Part shown: positions 21,193 through 30,663 of the stretch, piece by piece | How the letters are laid out: every line of letters begins with the position of its first letter | Position numbering within the stretch: the stretch's first letter is position 1 | Source: Bacteroidales bacterium | GTDB taxonomy: Bacteria > Bacteroidota > Bacteroidia > Bacteroidales > UBA10428 | Assembly (NCBI GenBank): GCA_035299085.1 | Contig: DATGXG010000041.1 | Coordinates: forward strand, 55,151-119,150 | Direction: 5' to 3' | Length of the DNA: 64,000 nucleotides | Notes under the pieces: model-generated | Databases searched by the model: none | The model's input: only the letters and a program-made list of their open reading frames with translations | Told to the model about the DNA's origin: nothing | Translations under genes and position numbers: made by a program

Positions 21193-21233
21193 TAATTTCC
21201 TCAAATAAATGGTGTTACAGCATCCGGTAATGC

Positions 21234-21269
21234 CGTGTATTACGTATTGAATTACGTGTATTTCGTATA
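21234..21269. repeat. Four CGT(G/A)TAT-type cores spaced 9/12/9 bp, including the 8-mer CGTGTATT twice with a 21-bp period
   Basis: CGTGTATT occurs at 21234-21241 and 21255-21262. TACGTATT occurs at 21241-21248 and TTCGTATA at 21262-21269. Confidence 0.6.
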
Positions 21270-21286
21270 CCAACCTCACAGCATAT

Positions 21287-21357
21287 GGAGGACCTGTCAG
21301 CGTTGTTTCCAGGCACAACCTGACAGCGTCCGGAGGACCTGTCAGCGTTGTTTCCAG
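21287..21357. repeat. 26-bp perfect direct repeat GGAGGACCTGTCAGCGTTGTTTCCAG x2 (45-bp period)
   Basis: Copies at 21287-21312 and 21332-21357. A CCTGACAGCG element lies between them. Confidence 0.85.
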
Positions 21358-21372
21358 ATAATACAATAATGT

Positions 21373-21431
21373 AATCACGCTGTCAGGTCCTTCGGACGCT
21401 GACAGGTGATTACACGCTGACAGGTGATTCC
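21373..21431. repeat. CTGWCAG-core repeat cluster abutting the regulator's stop codon: 16-bp perfect direct repeat ACGCTGACAGGTGATT x2 plus an inverted partner
   Basis: Direct copies at 21396-21411 and 21414-21429. AATCACGCTGTCAGGTCC (21373-21390) can pair with the following unit as an interrupted hairpin (about 4+6+6 bp by hand). Confidence 0.8.
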
Positions 21432-21432
21432 A

Positions 21433-22089
21433 CTACAAATCAATAATATTATTGCGGATGGCAAATTTTACAAGATCAACGGAAGTTTTCAGGTTCAGTT
21501 TCTGCATAATATGATTCTTGTGGGTTTCAACCGTGCGCACACTCAGGAAGAGTTTGTCCGCTATTTCTTTATTGGTAAAACTGTTGCCCCACATCTTCAT
21601 AATTTCAATCTCCCTTGAACTCAGGCTGCGGATATCCGGTCTTTCTTCATCTGTCTTGAGTTTTTTAATGTATTTATTTAAGAGCAGCATTGTAATTGAA
21701 TTGCTGAAAAAATCATAGCCGCTCCTGAGCGTATAAATAGCCTGAACCAGTTCTTCTGAGGATGTGTCTTTCGCCAGAAAGCCTTTTGCACCGGCTTTGA
21801 TTGTTGTTAATACGGATTCTTCATCATTACCGGCCGAAATAATAAGAATTCTGAGTCGCGGAAATGCATCGGTGAGTTGCTGCATGTGTATTGTGAACTG
21901 TGAGTGATGGGCATGTACAACCAATATAAGTACATGAATGGTTTCACTTTTAAGCAATTCATTCAGTATCTCAAATTTTTCGGCTGACAACGCCACTTCA
22001 ATTTCCTCATGATCCCTTAGAAGTGCCGAAATTCCTTCACGGGTTATCCGGAATTCATCAAATATGCCAATTCTGATCTTTTCAGCCAT
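21433..22089 (-). CDS. NarL/LuxR-family response-regulator-like protein with an atypical receiver (phospho-acceptor Asp replaced)
   Basis: - The C-terminal LuxR HTH is present: LSSREIEIMKMWGNSFTNKEIADKLFLSVRTVETHKNHIMQKL.
- The N-terminal receiver keeps the acidic pair (IFDEF), Ser (IISAG) and Lys (FLAKD).
- The segment aligning to NarL DLILLDLNMP reads HVLILVVHAH, which puts Val at the Asp position. Confidence 0.8.
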   Translation of the reverse strand: MAEKIRIGIFDEFRITREGISALLRDHEEIEVALSAEKFEILNELLKSETIHVLILVVHAHHSQFTIHMQQLTDAFPRLRILIISAGNDEESVLTTIKAGAKGFLAKDTSSEELVQAIYTLRSGYDFFSNSITMLLLNKYIKKLKTDEERPDIRSLSSREIEIMKMWGNSFTNKEIADKLFLSVRTVETHKNHIMQKLNLKTSVDLVKFAIRNNIIDL

Positions 22090-22092
22090 TTC

Positions 22093-25000
22093 CTATGAGT
22101 TGAGTATGACAGCCGATGTCCTTTTGCGGCCATTCATCATGATCTTTACCGGGTTGTCAAAACGGATATGCTTTAAATAGCGTGTTTCGTTCACCGGTTT
22201 GTATTTATCCAGCATTTCCCATTTGATATAACTCCCCGGTATGGTTTCAGAAACAGAAAAATAACCGATATTCATTGAAGTGACATTGTGGAAGAAGTGC
22301 GATCCAAGCGACGAGTCGAGCGGAAAATTGGCAAGACTCACTTCCACAATCACTTTGGCATTGGAAATCTGTGACCATACAACAGGAATTCCAAGGAAAG
22401 GATCCCTGGTTCCCCAACGACCTGGTCCAATGAGCATATAATCGCGTTTTTCTTTTATCAATGTTTGATTGATCTTTTCCACTTCAAGGGCAATATCACG
22501 TGTTTTCAGCTTATCAAAATTTTGGGTATCCACGTAAACTATGTCGCTTACAGTTTTTATCTCCCCGTTTCCAAGGCTTGATTCAGAATACAGCAATACA
22601 TCCGAAGGATCAATTTCTGACAAATCAATACTGTAATTCATCTGATTGGCAACCAGTGGCTTTATCTGCAGGAGATAGAAAGAAGGCAACCCGTTCTTAA
22701 TCTTGTTAAGATCCACCGCATACTCGATCTCAACCGGACATCCGAAGGCATCCTCAATGGTAGCCAGCATAATGTCGATGGTTTCAGCAAGAGGAATATA
22801 GTCATACTTGAGTATATCGGCAAAATCAATTATCCGCGGCCCGGGAGAATCCAATCCGGGTTCGATCCTGTCATTGTCGGCATGATATACCGATGCACAG
22901 TGCGAGAGAGTTCCATGACTTTCAGCTACCGATATATCAAGCAGCTCCAGTGATGCCAGTTCGCCGTCTTTTACATAATCCACCTCATTTTTCTCGGTAT
23001 TCAATGCATAGAATTTTACCTGGGAGCTGTTCAGCAGGTCGCGTGTTGTATACATTTCAAGTTTCGGATAACGCGGTGAAAACCTGAATGAACGCCAACC
23101 ATCTACAACATAGGAACCCAGTCCGGCCGCTATGACAGCAAATCCTTCATCGGGCTTCATATGGGCTACGGGGTAAAAATTGCATGACTGGGCAATGCCG
23201 CTGATATGCGGGTAGTAATAGTTGTCATACTGATTGCCTACCAGTTCCTGGAGCACAATGGCCATTTTCTCATCCTCCACCTTATGATGGATGGCCGAGA
23301 AATAGATTTTTGAGTTATCGGAATAGACAGATGAAAAAACCAGCTTGATGGCCTGCATCAGGTTCTCCAGGACCTTTTGTTTATTTTTCCTGTCATTTGG
23401 AATAATATAGGTATCAAACACGCCGGCAAAAGGCTGGGTGAGCGAATCCTCCGACAGGCTTGACGACCTCACGGCAATGGGTCTTGATATCTGTTCTACA
23501 AAAAATTCAAGCTTTTTAATGAGAGCCTGTGAAAGTCTTGCATTAACAAACGCTTCCCTGATGCGGACATACGTAATGTCAGGTTTAATGATGATTTCAA
23601 ACAAGCTGTTCATCTCTATGAAATAATCAAACTCTTCAGTACCTATTATAGCTGTGATGGGTGTCCGGATGTTTATCCTGTCGGTCACACTGCCAAAATC
23701 GATATTGTATACAAGGGCATTGATAAAAGCAAGGCCGCGTCCTTTTCCGCCGAATGATCCTCCGGCAAACGAAACTATGTTCTGTTCACTCATAACGGCA
23801 GTCTCATCAAAAGAAAGGACTTTGCCTTTCTTCTTTTCAGAGCGGTAATTGCGGAATGTTTCCTGGAACTGCCTGCGTGATTCCTTAACATGCTTGTAAT
23901 CGCCAATTTTCATGGGATTCAGGATATGCGCCAGTTCTATTTCACCGCGGGCCATCAGCCAAAGTGAGAACTGGTTTTCCTGGGCATGGAGGTAAAAAGT
24001 TTCATCGGGAATTTCAAATAACAGCGATTCAAATTCGCGCAATGACCGGGCCACTGCAATGGGTTTCCCCTCACGGTTGCGGAAGACAAAATCACCGAAT
24101 CCAAGGTAATAGGTGAGAAAATTACGGAGGTCGGCAAGCAGAGTATCTGAGTTCTTATTTATAAAAGCAACATTCAGGCTTCTTGCCCATTGTTCATTAG
24201 CGGGCTCTGAGGACTGTAGAATAATAGGAAGGTTGAGAATATGCGATTTAATATACCGGATAAACCGGATACCGGCACTTTTATCGAGCCTTCCTTCACT
24301 TTCAAATTCGACATCAGAGATTACGCAAAGCATATAATCCCTGTATTTATTGAAAATGAACATAGCATCCTCATACGTCCGGGCATGTAATATTTTAGGC
24401 CTTGAACGCATTTTACTGATCTTGTCCAGTTCATTCTTTTCCACTTCAGGCAATACCTGCTGCACCTGTCCGAAAACAATTGAATAAAGCATTTGCAGGT
24501 ATTTTGAATAATATCCCGGTGAATCCTCCACCAGGAGAATAATCCTTACAAGACCTATCCGGGTATCATTTTCAACATTGGCTTCATCTTCAATTGATTT
24601 CACTATGGCAAAAAAGATTTGCGAATTCCCGTTCCAGACAAATAGTTTCTTTACCGATAACATGGTAGGAGCCGCTTCCTCAAAATATTTCAGGTTGCTT
24701 TGCTGGTTAAGCAACAGGTATACCGGAAGTTCCGGTTTTTTATTCCTGATCTGGTCACTCATTTTAAATGCCGCATCCCTGTCAATTCCTGCCATGATAA
24801 TGGCGATATCAAAACGGGTTGCATCAATGAGTTCAAGAGCATCTTCAATGGCTGAAACACCGGTAATGCGGGGCAGTGAAAACAGACTGTACTGGTAAAT
24901 GATCCCCATGAACTGCTCAAAAAAGCTATCCTCATTTTCAAGGATAAAGGCGTCATAGAGTGTGGCTACAAACAGGATTTCCTTTACCTTGTATTTCATC

Positions 25001-26328
25001 ATATCAAGGTAAATGTATTTATCGAGCGACTGCTGGTTAAAGAAAAGTTGCAGGGGCCGTTTATTCTTTACAAGTGATAGTCTGTAATCGCCTGCGTTGG
25101 GAGCGGGCGAAATATTCTGGTGATTCCGGATATAAATTTCCTTCCCCTTTGAACTGTCGATGTATCCGCTGACGAGTTTTCCCAGGTTGATGATCAGTTG
25201 GCGTTCCTCCTTCATAAATGGACCTTCAAATGAGGGCGGAAACTCTTTCAGGTAAAATACTTCTATAAAACCCTGGCGGTTATCAAAAGTTACGAATTTC
25301 TCCCGTTGTACCCAGGGAGTATCGCGGAATTGACGGCTTTCATATATGTGACCGTCATAGGTTATACGCACAGCCGTATACCTGGGATATTGCCATGAAC
25401 GGGGTAAAACATAGCAAATCTTCTGCAGGGTTTCGTCAATCGATTTGCCCTGTGATATGATATACGACGTATGATTAATGGCATGAAGCTCCTTTAGTCT
25501 TTCACGGTGCTCATACAGGACATTGTTTAAGATATCACGGGTTGCCGAACCTGAAATGAGAGCAGCCAGATTGCTGAGTAAATTTCTTTCTTCTTTCAGA
25601 AACGGCCCTTCATCCGATTCAGGAAATTCCTTCAGGTAGAATACTTCTATAAGACCTTTACTCCCATTGGGAATATCGAATTCCTGCTGCTGCTTTATGG
25701 GTGATTCCCTGAAATCACGACTTACGAAAACCATGTTTTCATACCGGATACGTACCCTTGTATACTCAGGATACTGGTATGCCTCAGGAAGAATCGAACA
25801 AATATATTTAAGCGATTCACTTATGGAGCGGCCTTCTCGAAGGATTTGCGATGTCTGGTTAATTCCCCTCAGTTCTTTAAGCCGTTCTGTATTTTGAGCC
25901 AGGAGTTCATTAAATACATGCTCCTGCTGTGTTTTATCCGTCCACATCCGGCTAAACTTTGTTGATGCGATGTTCCAGCTCAACATGGAGGCGATCATTC
26001 CCAGGTGATCGGTATACCTTGGAATTTTGTTTTCATTCTTCCCGATGTAATTTCCCGTAAGATGTAATTCAATGAATCCGGTTATGCAATCAGGTGTTGC
26101 AAAGGGGTACTTTTCGGTTTTTACCGATTCTTTAAAATTATTACCGATAATCTCTTCGTTATCATAAACTATTTTCACCGAAACATCCTGTGGATAATGG
26201 AAAGCTTCCGGCAATACATTGCAAATAGCCAGCAACCTTATGTTTAATGGCTGCTGGTCTTCCAGGATACTTATGATTCTTGTTATTACCGCATTTATCC
26301 CGCCTTTATTACTTTCGGGCTCTACCAT
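22093..26328 (-). CDS. Multidomain signalling protein: three GAF-like sensor repeats, a degenerate receiver, a canonical receiver, and a PEP/pyruvate-binding (PPDK_N, ATP-grasp) domain with a C-terminal extension
   Basis: - Repeats at aa ~13-120, 149-262 and 278-391 share ERLKEL..IN.TS...G.SI.E.L..IC..LP...QYP.YT.VRI.Y and IEVFYLKEFP...EGPF.KEER.L..NL.
- The second receiver has LLVEDS, VISDVEF, ILQSSE and INKNS.
- PPDK_N hallmarks: GGKGRGLAFI and AVRSSSLSEDSLTQPFAGVFDTY.
- No swivel-His motif (TSHAAI-like) was seen.
- ATG at 26328; the track's start at 26334 is a TTG.
- The stop lies 3 nt before the regulator's ATG. Confidence 0.75.
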   Translation of the reverse strand: MVEPESNKGGINAVITRIISILEDQQPLNIRLLAICNVLPEAFHYPQDVSVKIVYDNEEIIGNNFKESVKTEKYPFATPDCITGFIELHLTGNYIGKNENKIPRYTDHLGMIASMLSWNIASTKFSRMWTDKTQQEHVFNELLAQNTERLKELRGINQTSQILREGRSISESLKYICSILPEAYQYPEYTRVRIRYENMVFVSRDFRESPIKQQQEFDIPNGSKGLIEVFYLKEFPESDEGPFLKEERNLLSNLAALISGSATRDILNNVLYEHRERLKELHAINHTSYIISQGKSIDETLQKICYVLPRSWQYPRYTAVRITYDGHIYESRQFRDTPWVQREKFVTFDNRQGFIEVFYLKEFPPSFEGPFMKEERQLIINLGKLVSGYIDSSKGKEIYIRNHQNISPAPNAGDYRLSLVKNKRPLQLFFNQQSLDKYIYLDMMKYKVKEILFVATLYDAFILENEDSFFEQFMGIIYQYSLFSLPRITGVSAIEDALELIDATRFDIAIIMAGIDRDAAFKMSDQIRNKKPELPVYLLLNQQSNLKYFEEAAPTMLSVKKLFVWNGNSQIFFAIVKSIEDEANVENDTRIGLVRIILLVEDSPGYYSKYLQMLYSIVFGQVQQVLPEVEKNELDKISKMRSRPKILHARTYEDAMFIFNKYRDYMLCVISDVEFESEGRLDKSAGIRFIRYIKSHILNLPIILQSSEPANEQWARSLNVAFINKNSDTLLADLRNFLTYYLGFGDFVFRNREGKPIAVARSLREFESLLFEIPDETFYLHAQENQFSLWLMARGEIELAHILNPMKIGDYKHVKESRRQFQETFRNYRSEKKKGKVLSFDETAVMSEQNIVSFAGGSFGGKGRGLAFINALVYNIDFGSVTDRINIRTPITAIIGTEEFDYFIEMNSLFEIIIKPDITYVRIREAFVNARLSQALIKKLEFFVEQISRPIAVRSSSLSEDSLTQPFAGVFDTYIIPNDRKNKQKVLENLMQAIKLVFSSVYSDNSKIYFSAIHHKVEDEKMAIVLQELVGNQYDNYYYPHISGIAQSCNFYPVAHMKPDEGFAVIAAGLGSYVVDGWRSFRFSPRYPKLEMYTTRDLLNSSQVKFYALNTEKNEVDYVKDGELASLELLDISVAESHGTLSHCASVYHADNDRIEPGLDSPGPRIIDFADILKYDYIPLAETIDIMLATIEDAFGCPVEIEYAVDLNKIKNGLPSFYLLQIKPLVANQMNYSIDLSEIDPSDVLLYSESSLGNGEIKTVSDIVYVDTQNFDKLKTRDIALEVEKINQTLIKEKRDYMLIGPGRWGTRDPFLGIPVVWSQISNAKVIVEVSLANFPLDSSLGSHFFHNVTSMNIGYFSVSETIPGSYIKWEMLDKYKPVNETRYLKHIRFDNPVKIMMNGRKRTSAVILNS

Positions 26329-26365
26329 ACACAAATATACTAAAACAACTTAACCATAATAAATT

Positions 26366-26396
26366 AAAAAGGCCGTCTGAAATCAGGCGGCCTTTT
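26366..26396 (-). terminator. Terminator of the adhesin gene
   Basis: On the minus strand, AAGGCCGCCTGA-tt-TCAGACGGCCTT (one mismatch) is followed by TTTTT. Confidence 0.7.
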
Positions 26397-26418
26397 CATA
26401 TCAACTTGTTTTAATAAC

Positions 26419-29400
26419 CTATCTGGCAATCATGAAACGCTGTATCTCGTTCATTTTGTTGTTGCGGATATGACAGAGATACATGCCGGGATTGATACCC
26501 TGAACATTTATAGTCGTGACGTCGGTATGTGCAGCTACCTTGCCGGTGTATACAACCGAGCCTGTCGTGCTAATAATTTCAATCATTGTTTCTTCAGAAA
26601 GGTTGTTGAACCGGATATTGACTACATCACTTGCTGGTGAAGGATATAATCCGGTAACCACGTCGCTGACTTCATCTACAGGAGTGGAAGGACTTACAGT
26701 TATTGTAAATGAAAGGTCCACGGATGCACTTCCATCAGAAACCCTTAAAGTCACCAAATTGGCACCTGCATCAGAATTCTGGGGTACACCTGAAAGGATA
26801 CCTGTTCCCGGGTCAAATGACAACCAACCTGGTATCAGAATAGCTGTTTTGGTCAGACTCTGGCTTTCAACATCGGTTGCAGCAAATATGTATGCATACA
26901 ATGTACCGGCTGTAACACTGAGTGAAGGCTGATTGGTAACAACCGGCTGGTCGTTCACAGCAACAACAGTCACAGTAACTCCATGAACAGCACTGTTATT
27001 ATCGAGATCGCTTGCAATCACATTCACTGTAAGTTGTCCATTGAAATTTGCTGAAGGCGTTACGATGTTACCGGTATGGGTATAATTCGATCCATCCTGA
27101 ACTGCGATTGTAATATCGGATGAAGGATTATCCGGATCTGTGATCGTAAGGTCTTCCTTAAGAATAGTTATGCTCTCATCTTCATTAACTGAAAGAGCGC
27201 TCTGACCGGTAATTGAAGGAGGTTCATTTCCTGAAGAAACAACAGAAACAATCATGCCGTAGCTTGAACCTGAAGAGGAAAGGTCATTGGCAACCACATT
27301 CACAGTAAGCTGACCGGTGTAATTATTTGCCGGAGTTACCACATTTCCGCTGAATGTATAATTGCTGCCTGACTGAACCGTAATGCTGATATCTGAAGCA
27401 TTGTTATCGACATCTGAAATGGTCAGATAGGATTTAAGAATGTTGATGCTTCCATTCTTGTTCACCTCAACTGAGGACTGGCCTGTAATAACCGGGGCAT
27501 CGTTAACCGGGTTAACAGTTACTGCCATCTGGTATGTCTGGCTGTTGGCAGCAAGATCATGGGCAACTACATTTACATTGAGTTGACCATTGAAGTTGGT
27601 TGCAGGAGTAACCGTATTGCCACTGAAAGTATAATTGGTACCGGCTGAAACCGAGATGGTGATATCGGATGAAGGATTATCAGGATCCGAAATGGTTAGG
27701 TCATCTTTCAGAACAGTAAATGAATTATCCTCATTCACACTCTTGGTGCTTTGTCCTGTAATCACAGGAACATCATTCACATTGTTCACCGTAAGCGTAT
27801 AATTCTCGTGGATGGTGGTAGTGCCGTCGGAAATCCGGATATCAATTGAATTGGATCCTACATTGGCATCATCGGGTGTTCCGGTGATTGTTGCCGTTTT
27901 CGATCCGGCAGTCCATGCAAAGGTAAGCCATGCAGGCAAAGTCATTTTGGTCATTGTGATTACATCACCGGCATCCACATCGGTTACAGTAAGTGTATAA
28001 GAATATGGTGAGCCTTCATTTACAGTGGTTGCATGAGTTGATGTAATAACCGGGGCATCGTTTACGTTAACCACAACAATCCTGAAAATCTGGTCACGAC
28101 TCATGGTTCCGTCAGTGACGCGAAGGATCACGTCGTTTTCACCTACATTTGAATTGGTAGGAGTGCCTGAAAGCGAGCAATTCTTACTTCCGGCAACATA
28201 GGAGAATGATAACCATGCCGGTTTGGCAACCGTACTTATTGAAAGTACATCACCGGCATCAGGATCACTTACTGTGGCGTTATATGTGTATGGTGAATCT
28301 TCATTTATACTGGTTGACGGGTCAGTGGTAAAATAAGGAGCGTTGTCCGTACCACGGCAATGACCAGAAGGTATACCGTCATTATAGAAAGTAGCTACTT
28401 CTGATTCGCCAAGTGCCCTGTCATAGGTTGCGATTTCATCAATTGTTCCGATGAAATGCATTTCATCGGCGGCACCTTTCATATAGCCAATTGTAACAGC
28501 CAATGGATTGTCGGCTTTAAATGAATGGACATAGCTGTAGGAAGCATAGTTTTCCTTCACCCCGTCAACGTAGATCACATTCTGATCGGCATCACCGTCT
28601 CTTACGGCTACGATATGGTGCCATACACCATCGGTAATAACTGAAGTACCGGATAAAACGCGATTGGGACCGCCGTTATCCCTGAGTTCAAATGTAGCAT
28701 GGCCGCTTGCATCTGTTCCCACATACCAGCGGGCTGCTCCTGTATAATCGGTCCTGTTCCTTGCAACCATAACCATTGCAGAAGTATTGGAAGTTTTAAT
28801 CCATCCTTCAAAAGAGAAGCTACCTGAAGGAAGCCAGTCGAATTCGGTTCCGTTATCCGGAATATCAATACCTGTATTGGCGCCGAAAAGCTGAGCCTGG
28901 TCGATTATACCGGTTGTGGAGGTTGGCGAATTGGTTGCTGTGGCGTTGTGCTCATCATAGAAATCAGCGTAGCCAGGTCCGGCAGCTTCATCGAGTCGGT
29001 GGAGTGAAATAATTCCGTCAGGGCAATTCGTAGGCTCAACTACTGAAATGGTATAAGGCTGACTGTATGATGGATTAATGCCGTTATCGGCTACTACTTC
29101 CACATCAAAATCTCCCAATGCCGAAGGAACCCATGTAATAAGTCCGGTAGCTGAATTGATTGTCATACCTGCCGGTTTCTGTGTCAGTGAATAGGTCATA
29201 CCGATGCTGGTACCGCTAGCCTGTGCATGATAATAATAGGTAACATTCACAAATGCGGAAGTCACAGGAGAAGTTGTTATAGTCGGTGGTACTCCGCTCA
29301 CTGTTATCGTGAACGGCTGATCAGCAGCAGGATCAATACCGTTGCTGGCATGGACCAATACATCAAAATCACCGGCGGTATTAGGTGTCCAGGAAATCAA

Positions 29401-30663
29401 TCCTGTGGTGCTGTTTATTGTCATGCCGTCCGGTTTGGTAATAAGTGAATAGGTCATTCCTAACTGAGTGCCGCTGGCATGTGCCGTATACTGGTAAAGT
29501 TCACCAAGGCCGGCTGTTGTGACCGGCGTGGATATGAATGCAGGATTTGAACCGGTTACAGTAATTGTAAAAGATTGTGTAGCATCCGGATTCACACCGT
29601 TTGATGCTTTAACAGCAACATTGAAGCTTCCGACAGATGAAGGGGTCCATGTAATCAGACCGGTTGAGGAATTGATAGCCATTCCTGAAGGAGCTGTTGT
29701 TAATGAATAAGTTATGGAAGATGGCGTTCCTGTTGCGTTTACATCATAAGAATAAGCCTCACCGACCACAGCATTGGTTACCTGTGTTGAAATGATAGAA
29801 GGAGCTACGTTAGCAACAGAGCAAATACCCACACCGACAAGTCCATTATCATAGATAGCCTCTATTTCACTTGAACTAAGAGCTCTGTTGAAAAAAGCAA
29901 CTTCATCCAGGTCACCTTTATAAAAGAAATTCCGGACACCATTAAGATCCAATGAACCGAAATGCCATGGTTGGGTGTCTCCAAAACTTCCTGAAAAAAC
30001 GACTCCGGTTCTCTCGCCGTTGCCGATTTGCTTTTCTTTGTCAATGTACATCCACATTGCATGGTTGGCATAATCGTAAACAAGAGCCACATGATGCCAT
30101 TCGGCGTCATCATAGCTACCGGGAGTTTCAGGATCGTATCCGTGACCGGCATTATCCCTGATAACGAAACTTATATGACCTGAACCATTGCATCCCGAAA
30201 GGATGACGCCACCATAATTTCCCCAGGCCCAGTCGCCTTTGCTTATCATAACATGATCCTGGTAGCCAAGTTGCATATCAGTCTCCTCAAGCCCGAACCT
30301 GCACCAGTATGATATTGTAAAACTGGCATTTGTCGGAGGGTTTAAAGCCGAAGAAACAGGAACTGTTGCATATTCCCAAGTTGTATAAGCAGTTTCCGAT
30401 TCATTGCAGGTATAGGAAAACCTTTGACTGTTACCGATTATTCCGCTTACCGGACCTGTAGTTGAATTTCTCGTGGCATCGTGACCATTGACTTCTTCAT
30501 TAAGATTGGTCCCGGCGGTTTCATCCATTTTCCAGTATCCTACCAGGCCGGCAGGACAAGTTTGTGCAGACACTCCAAGAGAACCGGCACAAAACAGAAT
30601 AAGTAAAAGAGCAGATCTGATAAGATTTGTTGATAGTTTCATGACAGAGTAAATTTGATTCAT
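26419..30663 (-). CDS. Giant T9SS-secreted adhesin-like protein: two LamG domains, He_PIG/dystroglycan-type Ig repeats, cadherin-like repeats and a Por tail
   Basis: - LamG signatures: GDLDEVAFFNRALSSSEIEAIYDNG and IDEIATYDRALGESEVATFYNDG.
- Three ~87-aa units with the pattern Y.Y...A.GT....TYSL...P.GM.INS.TGLI.WTP.
- Units with the pattern VNDAPVIT...V.EGSPYSY.L.V.D.D.
- C-terminal LYPSPASDVVNIRF...PGMYLCHI.
- The start may be the MKLSTNL Met at 30642. Confidence 0.8.
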   Translation of the reverse strand: MNQIYSVMKLSTNLIRSALLLILFCAGSLGVSAQTCPAGLVGYWKMDETAGTNLNEEVNGHDATRNSTTGPVSGIIGNSQRFSYTCNESETAYTTWEYATVPVSSALNPPTNASFTISYWCRFGLEETDMQLGYQDHVMISKGDWAWGNYGGVILSGCNGSGHISFVIRDNAGHGYDPETPGSYDDAEWHHVALVYDYANHAMWMYIDKEKQIGNGERTGVVFSGSFGDTQPWHFGSLDLNGVRNFFYKGDLDEVAFFNRALSSSEIEAIYDNGLVGVGICSVANVAPSIISTQVTNAVVGEAYSYDVNATGTPSSITYSLTTAPSGMAINSSTGLITWTPSSVGSFNVAVKASNGVNPDATQSFTITVTGSNPAFISTPVTTAGLGELYQYTAHASGTQLGMTYSLITKPDGMTINSTTGLISWTPNTAGDFDVLVHASNGIDPAADQPFTITVSGVPPTITTSPVTSAFVNVTYYYHAQASGTSIGMTYSLTQKPAGMTINSATGLITWVPSALGDFDVEVVADNGINPSYSQPYTISVVEPTNCPDGIISLHRLDEAAGPGYADFYDEHNATATNSPTSTTGIIDQAQLFGANTGIDIPDNGTEFDWLPSGSFSFEGWIKTSNTSAMVMVARNRTDYTGAARWYVGTDASGHATFELRDNGGPNRVLSGTSVITDGVWHHIVAVRDGDADQNVIYVDGVKENYASYSYVHSFKADNPLAVTIGYMKGAADEMHFIGTIDEIATYDRALGESEVATFYNDGIPSGHCRGTDNAPYFTTDPSTSINEDSPYTYNATVSDPDAGDVLSISTVAKPAWLSFSYVAGSKNCSLSGTPTNSNVGENDVILRVTDGTMSRDQIFRIVVVNVNDAPVITSTHATTVNEGSPYSYTLTVTDVDAGDVITMTKMTLPAWLTFAWTAGSKTATITGTPDDANVGSNSIDIRISDGTTTIHENYTLTVNNVNDVPVITGQSTKSVNEDNSFTVLKDDLTISDPDNPSSDITISVSAGTNYTFSGNTVTPATNFNGQLNVNVVAHDLAANSQTYQMAVTVNPVNDAPVITGQSSVEVNKNGSINILKSYLTISDVDNNASDISITVQSGSNYTFSGNVVTPANNYTGQLTVNVVANDLSSSGSSYGMIVSVVSSGNEPPSITGQSALSVNEDESITILKEDLTITDPDNPSSDITIAVQDGSNYTHTGNIVTPSANFNGQLTVNVIASDLDNNSAVHGVTVTVVAVNDQPVVTNQPSLSVTAGTLYAYIFAATDVESQSLTKTAILIPGWLSFDPGTGILSGVPQNSDAGANLVTLRVSDGSASVDLSFTITVSPSTPVDEVSDVVTGLYPSPASDVVNIRFNNLSEETMIEIISTTGSVVYTGKVAAHTDVTTINVQGINPGMYLCHIRNNKMNEIQRFMIAR

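Noticed and set aside
21190-21378. 62-aa ORF with an internal LETTLTGPP(D/Y)AVRL duplication
   Set aside because: The peptide repeat is simply the translation of the 26-bp DNA direct repeat in an intergenic spacer. There is no start context and no plausible fold.
21287-21431. Possible CRISPR array at the gdhA-upstream repeats, and likewise at 51132-51229
   Set aside because: There are only two copies of each repeat and periods of 45, 18 and 7-9 bp. There are no 25-40-bp unique spacers and no cas genes anywhere in the window.
22093-26334. Annotating the 1,411-aa protein as phosphoenolpyruvate synthase or pyruvate,phosphate dikinase
   Set aside because: Only the N-terminal nucleotide-binding (PPDK_N) module is recognisable. 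I could not find a swivel phosphohistidine motif or a PEP-utiliser C-terminal domain. About 850 residues of sensor and receiver domains precede the PPDK_N module.
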